Below, piece after piece: positions 56,335-64,000 of a stretch of 64,000 nucleotides of DNA. The stretch spans positions 256,001 through 320,000 of the forward strand of contig CAVVOP010000021.1 of assembly GCA_963749915.1 (NCBI GenBank), read 5' to 3'. The notes under the pieces were generated by a model, which was not told where the DNA came from, did not search any database, and saw only the letters and a program-made list of their open reading frames with translations. Each line of letters begins with the position of its first letter. Position 1 is the stretch's first letter. The stretch is from an uncultured cyanobacterium (GTDB taxonomy: Bacteria > Cyanobacteriota > Cyanobacteriia > Cyanobacteriales > Cyanobacteriaceae). Position numbers and translations under genes: made by a program.

Positions 56335-58152
56335 ATGGCGCTAATTGTCCAAAAATATGGTGGTAGTTCGGTAGGTTCAACGGGTCGTATAAAGTCTGTG
56401 AGTCAAAGAATTTATCGTACTGTGAAGGAGGGAAATCAAGTTGTTGTTGTTGTTTCCGCTATGGGGAAAACCACTGACGGATTGGTCAAATTAGCCCAAG
56501 AAATTTCTCCTAACCCCAGTCGTCGGGAAATGGATATGTTACTTTCCACTGGGGAACAGGTTTCTATCTCTTTGTTGAGCATGGCATTACAGGAAATCGG
56601 ACAACCGGCTATTTCTTTAACAGGGGCACAAGTAGGTATTGTTACTGAAGCGAACTATAGTAAAGCCCGTATTTTAGAAATTAACCCCCATCGTATTATT
56701 CGGGAATTGGAACAAGGTCAAGTGGTTGTCGTTGCTGGTTTTCAGGGAATTACTAACTTAGCAGACTTAGAAATTACTACTTTAGGAAGAGGAGGTTCTG
56801 ATACTTCAGCTGTCGCTTTAGCCGTCGCCCTTCAAGCGCATTCTTGCGAAATATATACCGATGTACCGGGTATTTTAACCACTGATCCTCGTATTGTCCC
56901 CTCGGCGAAATTAATGACAGAAATTACCAGCGATGAGATGCTAGAGTTAGCTAGCTTAGGTGCAAAAGTTTTACATCCCCGTGCGGTGGAAATTGCCCGT
57001 AATTTCGGGATGCCGTTGGTGGTAAAATCCAGTTGGACGGATGATCTCGGTACTAAGGTAATTTCTGCGCCCCATCAGGGTAGATCTCTTGTAGGATTAG
57101 AAATTACTAAGGCAGTAGATGCTGTTCAGTTTGACTCGGATCAGGCTAAAATTGCCCTTCTAAGGGTTGCCGATCGCCCTGGGATTGCGGCGAAACTTTT
57201 TGGGGAAATTGCCCGTCAAAACGTCGATGTTGACCTGATTATTCAATCTATTCACGAGGGCAATAGTAATGATATTGCTTTTACAGTGGTTAAGGATGTT
57301 TTACCCCGTGCTGAATCTGTGGCCATGGCCATCGCACCTATTCTCGATGAAAACGGCAATACAGATATTTTAGTTGAGAAAAAAATCGCTAAAATTGCCA
57401 TTGCGGGGGCGGGAATGATTGGCAGACCAGGTATTGCGGCAAAAATGTTTCAATCTTTAGCCCAAGCAGGGGTTAATATTCAAATGATCTCGACTTCGGA
57501 AGTCAAGGTTAGTTGTATCGTTGACCAGGACGAGTGTGATCAGGCGATCGCCGCGTTATGTTCAGGCTTTGACATTGATAGTTCCAATATTTTAAAGGAT
57601 CAAGGGGAAGATAATAGTAAGCGAGTGCCAGTAAGAGGGGTTGCCCTTGATCAAAATCAAGCCCAATTAGCTATTTTATTTGTACCAGATGTTCCGGGCA
57701 TGGCAGCGAAGGTCTTTACAGTGTTAGCGGAGGAAAATATCAGCGTGGATATGATTATTCAATCCCAACGATGCCGTTTAGTGGATGGCATTCCCATGAG
57801 AGATATTGCTTTTACCGTAGCCCAAGGAGATGCTGAACAAGCCAAAAATGCTCTTTATAAGCTACAATCCGAGATTAAATTTAGAGAAATAGTTGTCGAT
57901 GCCAACATCGCGAAAGTAAGTATAGTGGGTTCAGGGATGATTGGATCTCCAGGGGTTGCGGCTAAGTTTTTTGAGGCTTTAGCAAAAGAGAATGTCAACA
58001 TATATATGATTACTACCTCAGAAATTAAAATTAGTTGTGTCGTTTCCAAAGATCAAGGTATCCAAGCCTTAAAAGCCGTTCATGAAGCCTTCGGTTTAAG
58101 TGGTGATACAAATCTAGAAGTACCTTCAAAAGAAGAGAGTGTCAACCTTTAA
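56335..58152 (+). CDS. lysC: Aspartate kinase (cyanobacterial, four ACT domains)
   Basis: [16 protein letters not shown], repeated [18 protein letters not shown]. Confidence 0.95.
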   Translation: MALIVQKYGGSSVGSTGRIKSVSQRIYRTVKEGNQVVVVVSAMGKTTDGLVKLAQEISPNPSRREMDMLLSTGEQVSISLLSMALQEIGQPAISLTGAQVGIVTEANYSKARILEINPHRIIRELEQGQVVVVAGFQGITNLADLEITTLGRGGSDTSAVALAVALQAHSCEIYTDVPGILTTDPRIVPSAKLMTEITSDEMLELASLGAKVLHPRAVEIARNFGMPLVVKSSWTDDLGTKVISAPHQGRSLVGLEITKAVDAVQFDSDQAKIALLRVADRPGIAAKLFGEIARQNVDVDLIIQSIHEGNSNDIAFTVVKDVLPRAESVAMAIAPILDENGNTDILVEKKIAKIAIAGAGMIGRPGIAAKMFQSLAQAGVNIQMISTSEVKVSCIVDQDECDQAIAALCSGFDIDSSNILKDQGEDNSKRVPVRGVALDQNQAQLAILFVPDVPGMAAKVFTVLAEENISVDMIIQSQRCRLVDGIPMRDIAFTVAQGDAEQAKNALYKLQSEIKFREIVVDANIAKVSIVGSGMIGSPGVAAKFFEALAKENVNIYMITTSEIKISCVVSKDQGIQALKAVHEAFGLSGDTNLEVPSKEESVNL

Positions 58153-58975
58153 CGCCACTACTAGTATCACTGGGGAGAATGTAGCGTTGTAACAATAAAA
58201 ATAATAATAAAACAGGTGCGATGGAAATGACAGATCCAGCGGCAATAAAACGCCAATTCAAATCTAAAGAACTAGCCAACCCCGCTACTCCTAAGGGTAA
58301 AGTATAATATTCTGGTCGATCCAGAATGATTAAGGGCCACAAAAAATCGCTCCAGGCACCAATAAAAACGAAAATGGCTAAAGTAATAGTAGCAGGGCGT
58401 ACCGCAGGTAACATAATATGCCACCAAATACCTATTTCGCTACAACCATCGATTCGAGAGGCTTCTTCTAACTCTTTTGGCACCCCTTGAAACGCCTGTC
58501 TTAATAGAAAAATGCCAAAAGCCGAGGCTAAATTAGGTAAAATTATTCCCAAATAGTTATTTCTTAATCCGAATTGTACGGCAAAAATATATAGGGGTAT
58601 CATTACTATTTGAAAAGGGATCATTATCGTGGCAATTACGAGGGTGAAAATAAGATCTTTTCCTTCAAAATCTAGTCTGGCTAAAGGATAAGCAGCCAAA
58701 GAACAAAATAATAAATTTAAAATAACAGTCAATATGGCAGTGATACTGCTATTAAGTAAATAACGTCCAAAAGGATAGTTATCCCAAACTAGGGTAAAAT
58801 TTTCGAAAGTAAATTGTTGAGGAATAAATTGCGGTGGAAAAGTAAAAATATCTTCCCCTGCCGATTTAAAAGAAGTACTTAATAACCATAATAATGGAAA
58901 TAACATTAATAGGGCTATAATGGTTAATAATAGGTAAATTAAAATAACTTCAGTGATGATTTTTTTATTTTTCAT
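58142..58975 (-). CDS. Carbohydrate ABC transporter permease
   Basis: EAA loop [10 protein letters not shown] and WSDFLWPL. Confidence 0.9.
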   Translation of the reverse strand: MKNKKIITEVILIYLLLTIIALLMLFPLLWLLSTSFKSAGEDIFTFPPQFIPQQFTFENFTLVWDNYPFGRYLLNSSITAILTVILNLLFCSLAAYPLARLDFEGKDLIFTLVIATIMIPFQIVMIPLYIFAVQFGLRNNYLGIILPNLASAFGIFLLRQAFQGVPKELEEASRIDGCSEIGIWWHIMLPAVRPATITLAIFVFIGAWSDFLWPLIILDRPEYYTLPLGVAGLASSLDLNWRFIAAGSVISIAPVLLLFLLLQRYILPSDTSSGVKG

Positions 58976-58995
58976 ACATTAATAATTGTGTAGCA

Positions 58996-59835
58996 TTAAA
59001 TGGAATTGCTATTAGAATCTTGAAAAACTAAAATTTGATAGTTAATTAAGTTGAATCGACTAAAAATTTCTAATCCTTTTGCCGTCACCCAGTCATTAAA
59101 ATTATCGACAATTAATTTATTAATTACTGGATAAGTAGGTTGTACATTTTTATTTATATCGACTACTTTTTCTAGTTTAAATCCTGTTTTATTCCCTATG
59201 CTTTCATAGTCTTTTATGCCAATAAATTTTACTTTAGTTGTAGCTTTTGAGCCGTAAGTGTTGGTAATTAAACGACTCAGAATTTGAGCTTCAAACCATG
59301 ACCAAAATTGACTAATTTGTGAATTAATAATAAAATCAACTACAATTAATTTACCCGATGATTTTAAGTTTTTTCTCACTTGTTGAAAGAAGATTTCTCG
59401 GCTAGGAAATGCAAAAATACATTCTAAGGCAATTGCATAGTCAAATAATTCGCTAAAATCACTTAAATCACAGGCATTACCATTAATAAATTGAATTTGA
59501 TTATTATTTTGTGGAACGATAAGTTCTGTGGCCCTTTCTACCTGGGCATTGTCAATATTTACGCCGAATAAGTTCAAGTTGCTAAAGGTATTGTTAAGCA
59601 AGTCAATTGTGCCGCCAAAACCGCAACCCGCATCGAGAATACTAACTCCATCGCTAATTTTTGCCGTTTCTATAACTAATTTAGAAAGATTATTAGCGGC
59701 GATGGCAAAATCTGTTAAAGTGCCTGTAGCTGTGGACGGATTTTCCCAATAACCCCAGTGAATATGTTTCCCAAAAACCAGTTCTAACTCTTTATCTTCA
59801 CCAAATTTGTCGATTAGTGTATCAAAATAACCCAT
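58996..59835 (-). CDS. Class I SAM-dependent methyltransferase
   Basis: HIHWGYW and ILDAGCGFGG. Confidence 0.88.
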   Translation of the reverse strand: MGYFDTLIDKFGEDKELELVFGKHIHWGYWENPSTATGTLTDFAIAANNLSKLVIETAKISDGVSILDAGCGFGGTIDLLNNTFSNLNLFGVNIDNAQVERATELIVPQNNNQIQFINGNACDLSDFSELFDYAIALECIFAFPSREIFFQQVRKNLKSSGKLIVVDFIINSQISQFWSWFEAQILSRLITNTYGSKATTKVKFIGIKDYESIGNKTGFKLEKVVDINKNVQPTYPVINKLIVDNFNDWVTAKGLEIFSRFNLINYQILVFQDSNSNSI

Positions 59836-59917
59836 GATTTTTAATAATTGTTTTTTTTGAGCTGATAACGATCAACTTACCGATTATAATAAGATAACTA
59901 AATGAATAAGACTGTAT

Positions 59918-60382
59918 ATGGAAGGAAATCAAGAAGTTAAACTTCAACTTAATCGGGTTTTAGAGCTGAAATTAACGGCTATAAATCAATTTTTTCTCCA
60001 CGCTAGAATGTGTAAAAGTTGGGGCTTGAATAAACTTAATGATTATGAGTACCGTTACTCCATTAAGTTAATGAAACAGGCGGACAAAATTATTGAACGT
60101 GTCTTTTTTCTCGAAGGTTTACCCAACCTACAAAGTTTAGGCAAATTAATCATCGGTGAAAACGTACCAGAAATAATCGCCAATGATTTAACTATAACAA
60201 TGGGAATAGGGGATGCTCTCCTTTCTTCTATCAATCTTTGTGAATCTTTACAAGACTATGTGAGTCGAGATTTATTAACGGAATTATTAGAGGAAACACA
60301 GGAAGAAATTGATTGGTTAGAGTCTCAACAGTGGTTAATGGCTAATGCTGGTGTTGAAAATTATCTGCAGTCAATGATTTAA
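59918..60382 (+). CDS. bfr: Bacterioferritin, heme-ligand subunit with degenerate ferroxidase centre
   Basis: Bfr fold; Met52 equivalent kept (KLMKQAD); E18, Y25, E51 and H54 equivalents replaced. Confidence 0.9.
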   Translation: MEGNQEVKLQLNRVLELKLTAINQFFLHARMCKSWGLNKLNDYEYRYSIKLMKQADKIIERVFFLEGLPNLQSLGKLIIGENVPEIIANDLTITMGIGDALLSSINLCESLQDYVSRDLLTELLEETQEEIDWLESQQWLMANAGVENYLQSMI

Positions 60383-60415
60383 TTATCTATTTTTCATATA
60401 TTTTGGAGTGCTTTA

Positions 60416-60883
60416 ATGAAAGGGAATGAAAAAGTTATTCAACAATTACAGAAACTGTTATGTGGTGAGTTATCCGCTAGAGATCAATATTTTACCCATT
60501 CTCGGATGTACGATGATTGGGGTTTAACTAAACTTTATGAGCGTATTGATCATGAAATGCACGATGAAACCCAACACGCAGATATGTTGATTAAGCGCTT
60601 GTTATTTTTAGAAACCACCCCCGATTTATCCGTTCAAGAAGCATTAAAAATTGGTTCTAATGTGCCAGAAATGCTCCAAAGTGATCTTGATTTAGAGTAC
60701 AAAGTGATTGCTGATTTAAAAGAGGCGATCGTCATTTGTGAAGAGGAACAAGACTACCAAACCAGAGAGATATTGAGAGTTATTTTAGGGGATACAGAAG
60801 AAGATCATGCTTACTGGTTAGAAAAACAGTTAGGATTGATTGATAAAATTGGCTTACCTAACTATTTACAGTCTCAAATGTAA
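60416..60883 (+). CDS. bfr: Bacterioferritin, ferroxidase subunit lacking the heme Met
   Basis: [16 protein letters not shown] (Thr at the Met52 position), TEEDH. Confidence 0.92.
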   Translation: MKGNEKVIQQLQKLLCGELSARDQYFTHSRMYDDWGLTKLYERIDHEMHDETQHADMLIKRLLFLETTPDLSVQEALKIGSNVPEMLQSDLDLEYKVIADLKEAIVICEEEQDYQTREILRVILGDTEEDHAYWLEKQLGLIDKIGLPNYLQSQM

Positions 60884-61216
60884 AAAAGAATTGACCATGG
60901 ACAATTGACCGTTAACAATTATTTTCTTTGCCATTTGCCATTCGACTTTGTGCACGGTTGGAGAAACCATCGATATCGCCTTAAAGCTATTATCATCTAC
61001 GGTAGTCCCTACATTTTAGATTAGTTTTGGCAACGTCTTCAGTCAAAAATTCCTTGGGTGTTTAGTTATGGTCAAATGTCCCAGGCTCAAAGTCTATGCT
61101 GTCAAGAGCTTTTGGGTTTGTCAACAAACTATGACATTGATAAAGGTGATTTTTTGTAACGAAAATAACAGAAATTACTACTATTAAAAGCAGTTTCTGA
61201 GAATAATGATAAAAAA

Positions 61217-61232
61217 TGTAGTTAAAGATACA
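61217..61232 (+). promoter_or_regulatory. Possible NtcA site
   Basis: TGTA-GTTAAAGA-TACA matches GTA-N8-TAC; spacing to a -10 element is not canonical. Confidence 0.4.
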
Positions 61233-61306
61233 TAACGTAAGTCTTTACGATCCCCCTTTGTTAGGCTATATTAGAGTTGGTCAAATAAGTTTATGGGGAA
61301 AAGCAG

Positions 61307-61540
61307 ATGAAAACTTTAGAAAAAACTGCAGCGGATTACTCCATCGAGATGATTAAAGACGAAGCGCGACATTTAGTGGAAGCGGGGACGGTTAGTCGCC
61401 ATCAACCTATTTATATCCTTTGTCAATATATCCCTGCCAGAGAGTGGGTTTGTGTCGAGTGCGAATTGGAACAATCAGACTATCTTCTCAGGGATCAAAT
61501 TGGCGATTTAATTGCCTGTGAAAATTGGGATGAAGATTAA
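61307..61540 (+). CDS. DUF4327-family protein
   Basis: YSIEMIKDEARHLV, QPIYILCQYIPAREW, IGDLI..E.W..D. Confidence 0.85.
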   Translation: MKTLEKTAADYSIEMIKDEARHLVEAGTVSRHQPIYILCQYIPAREWVCVECELEQSDYLLRDQIGDLIACENWDED

Positions 61541-61777
61541 TTAATGACAGTTCGGAGTTACTATTAAGCAAATGATTTGTTATATTGCGAGGTTTTCAGC
61601 TTCTGCCGATTTGACTAACCCGAATTAGATGTTGCTCAATCAATAGACTTTTTTAGAGAGTCGGGAAATAGGACATGAGTGATAGTTGGCAGGGGCTGAA
61701 ATTGATTTCAATTTTAATTTGTGAAGATTTGATTTATAATCTCTTCAATAGCCTCTCGCCTCAGTGCAGAAAGACCA

Positions 61778-62830
61778 CTAGGGGTCTTGTGGATAAATTT
61801 TTGCCATGGCATTTGTCAATCTTTGATTTTCCTCCTCTTTTTTCACGGCAATGCGGAAGTATTTTTCGCCTAATTCGGGAAAACTAACACAGTCACGAAT
61901 CAATATCTGCTCTTTTTGCAGTAACTGTAACTGTATTTTTGTGCCGGGTATTTCCGTTTGCACTAGGATAAAGTTAGCACTACTGGGAAGGGGTCTTAGT
62001 CCTTGAATTTTGGCTAATTCTTCGGCCAATTTTGCCTTGGTCGGTTTTAACCACTGCCATGTTTTTTTTTGAAAATCAATATCCCCCAAGGCGGCTATTC
62101 CGGCTAAAACAGCCAGAGAATTTACGCTCCAGGGATCTCGCCATTTTTGCCAACGCTTAACTCTCTCAGGATTAGTGATGCCGTAACCGATTCTTAAGCC
62201 CGGCAAACTATAAAATTTAGTGAGGGACCGTAGAATAATTAAATTATCATAGTCTTTGACTAAGTCTATTAAACTTTCTTGCTTATTTGGTGGCAAAAAG
62301 TCCATGAACGCCTCATCGACAATCACCAAGGGGAATTGATGTAAATAGGGAATAAGGGTGTTTTGACGCCAAAGTTTCCCCGTGGGATTATGGGGATTAT
62401 TGATTAACAAAGCAACATTCTTACTATGATTTAATCCTTTTTCTAAATCTCCCAAATTGTAGAATTGGCAAGGAAGATTGAAAGTTTGTAACGCCCGTTT
62501 ATAATCGGCAAAACAAGGAGAAGGAAGTAAAACTCCTTGTAAATTATGGGCTTCCCACCCTACCCATGTCAACAATTCCGCCGCCCCATTACTAGGTAAA
62601 ACCTTATCAAATTCGATATGATGATGATTTCCGATGGCTTGACGAAATCGGGAATAGTCAGGGTTAGGATAATGTTGCAATTGAACGATGCCCTCAGTAA
62701 TAGCAGCGATCGCACTATCTGGAGGACCAAGAGGGTTAATGCTAGCAGAAAAATCCACAAGGGCAGAAATAGGGCAGTTAACGAGACTGACTGCCCAATC
62801 TAAATTTCCTCCGTGAGTTGGTCTAAACAA
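61778..62830 (-). CDS. cobD: Threonine-phosphate decarboxylase
   Basis: HGGN, DFSASINPLG, NNPHNPTG, RSLTKFYSLPGLRIG. Confidence 0.9.
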   Translation of the reverse strand: MFRPTHGGNLDWAVSLVNCPISALVDFSASINPLGPPDSAIAAITEGIVQLQHYPNPDYSRFRQAIGNHHHIEFDKVLPSNGAAELLTWVGWEAHNLQGVLLPSPCFADYKRALQTFNLPCQFYNLGDLEKGLNHSKNVALLINNPHNPTGKLWRQNTLIPYLHQFPLVIVDEAFMDFLPPNKQESLIDLVKDYDNLIILRSLTKFYSLPGLRIGYGITNPERVKRWQKWRDPWSVNSLAVLAGIAALGDIDFQKKTWQWLKPTKAKLAEELAKIQGLRPLPSSANFILVQTEIPGTKIQLQLLQKEQILIRDCVSFPELGEKYFRIAVKKEEENQRLTNAMAKIYPQDP

Positions 62831-62926
62831 TAAAATAAGTAAAGGGTAAAGAGTAATTTTAAAAACAGTATATTATGGACTGTACACTGTTTCCCCCTTA
62901 CCCATTCTCTATTCCCTCAAAAGAAA

Positions 62927-63211
62927 TTAAGACTTAGGAGGTGCAACTCTTTCTTTGAAAAGTTTACCAGCAGAAAAAGCAGGAACTTTAGTTGCCGGAA
63001 TTTCCATTTTTTCTCCAGTTTTGGGGTTACGTCCTTCACGTGCTTTTCTGTCACGACTTTCAAAAGAACCAAAACCCACTAAAGTTACTTTTTCACCAGC
63101 AGAAACCGCTTCCATAATGGATTCAACTACCGCACTAATAACGGTATCAGCCTGTTTTTTCGTGACATCAGCCTTAGCCGCCACTGCATCTACTAATTCG
63201 CCTTTGTTCAT
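62927..63211 (-). CDS. hup: DNA-binding protein HU
   Basis: MNKGELV, GFGSFE, GRNPKTG. Confidence 0.97.
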   Translation of the reverse strand: MNKGELVDAVAAKADVTKKQADTVISAVVESIMEAVSAGEKVTLVGFGSFESRDRKAREGRNPKTGEKMEIPATKVPAFSAGKLFKERVAPPKS

Positions 63212-63394
63212 AAATTAATCTCCAATTGATTTAACATTATGGTCATAAAAACAGAGTCAATGATATTAATTAGCTGAAATTACCATCAAATGAATGTTTT
63301 ACTGTTTTTGACACTAGATCTGATATTACATGATTAAACGCTGAAATGACTAAAAATTATAGTTTTTCTTGAATTTTTTACAATTTTTCGGATT

Positions 63395-63412
63395 TTTGTA
63401 AAGAAATGTAAA
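63395..63412 (-). promoter_or_regulatory. HLR1-like (RpaB) direct repeat upstream of hup
   Basis: Minus strand TTTACATT-TC-TTTACAAA matches two (G/T)TTACA(T/A)(T/A) units with a 2-nt spacer. Confidence 0.55.
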
Positions 63413-63423
63413 AGAAAGCAAAA

Positions 63424-63451
63424 TTGCTCAAATTACAAAAACAATTTGAGC
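63424..63451 (-). terminator. Stem-loop downstream of the multicopper oxidase
   Basis: TGCTCAAATT-N8-AATTTGAGCA perfect 10-bp stem. Confidence 0.5.
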
Positions 63452-63600
63452 ATTGGGAAAAATAGTTTGATTATCAGACCTCATTGTGATGGATTTATAC
63501 TTCCCACCTAAAATTTCGTTCACCCGGCGATGGCTTCAGATCTGGTTGAGTCAATCATGCCTGAAGTAAAAATCTTGAGCACAGAAAAATTACGTCCAAA

Positions 63601-63999
63601 TCAGCCTATTTGTAAATTACCCATCATCCCTAAATCTTCATGATCTAAAATATGACAATGATAAACTGTCTTACCAGTAAAATCAGCAAACCGAATGCGA
63701 ATTTTTACTCTTTCTCCACGAGGTACCAACACAGTATCACGCCAAGCCGGATAACTTTCTTGAACACCGTTACGGCTAACTACCTGAAATGAATTAACAT
63801 GAATATGGAAAGGATGATCCATAACACCCGTATTAATCAATTCCCATTCTTCCACCGTATTCAATTTAACTTCTGTATCAATCCGTTGATGATTATATGG
63901 TTGTCCATTAATCAAAAATATCATGCCCATTCTCGGTGCCATTCCATGATTAAGAGTAAAACTTCTAACTCGACTAGGTGTTGGTAAACTGGTGATAGA
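63601..63999 (-). CDS. Multicopper oxidase, C-terminal part (gene begins beyond the window)
   Basis: HPFHIH and HCHILDHEDLGMM copper motifs; frame open to the window edge. Confidence 0.92.
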   Translation of the reverse strand, partial: SITSLPTPSRVRSFTLNHGMAPRMGMIFLINGQPYNHQRIDTEVKLNTVEEWELINTGVMDHPFHIHVNSFQVVSRNGVQESYPAWRDTVLVPRGERVKIRIRFADFTGKTVYHCHILDHEDLGMMGNLQIG

Positions 64000-64000
64000 T

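Noticed and set aside
58142..58152. 11-bp convergent overlap of lysC and the ABC permease gene
   Set aside because: Short 3' overlaps are common and imply no function

Overview
Low-GC cyanobacterial chromosome segment. It has scattered HIP1 GCGATCGC octamers, and the gene style suggests Chroococcales such as Cyanobacterium/Geminocystis (inferred). Most genes are housekeeping: nadE, larB, phosphoketolase, acpP-fabF, dapB, spsA, dnaK, bioF, metF, trpS, grxD/bolA, sqdX, fur, guaB, eno, sppA, lysC, two bfr, cobD, hup, and two tRNAs. Accessory parts are a solo tnpB IS200/IS605-type element, a four-gene minor pilin cassette, a glycosyl-/methyltransferase island, a foreign-looking lysine-ketoglutarate reductase/AlaDH-like gene, an smtA/smtB pair, and two zones of gene decay and IS debris (about 37.9-41.3 kb and 50.9-53.4 kb). 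The strongest candidate for an undescribed system is a 557-bp cassette at 23915-24471. In it a four-helix-bundle (Avd/IVP-like) gene lies between 24-bp terminal inverted repeats and inverted heptamer arrays. A gene-less element with the same architecture lies at 37941-38233, and a scrambled copy of the gene lies at about 51378-51860. No CRISPR array, rRNA or reverse transcriptase was seen. All calls come from reading the sequence; no database searches were run.
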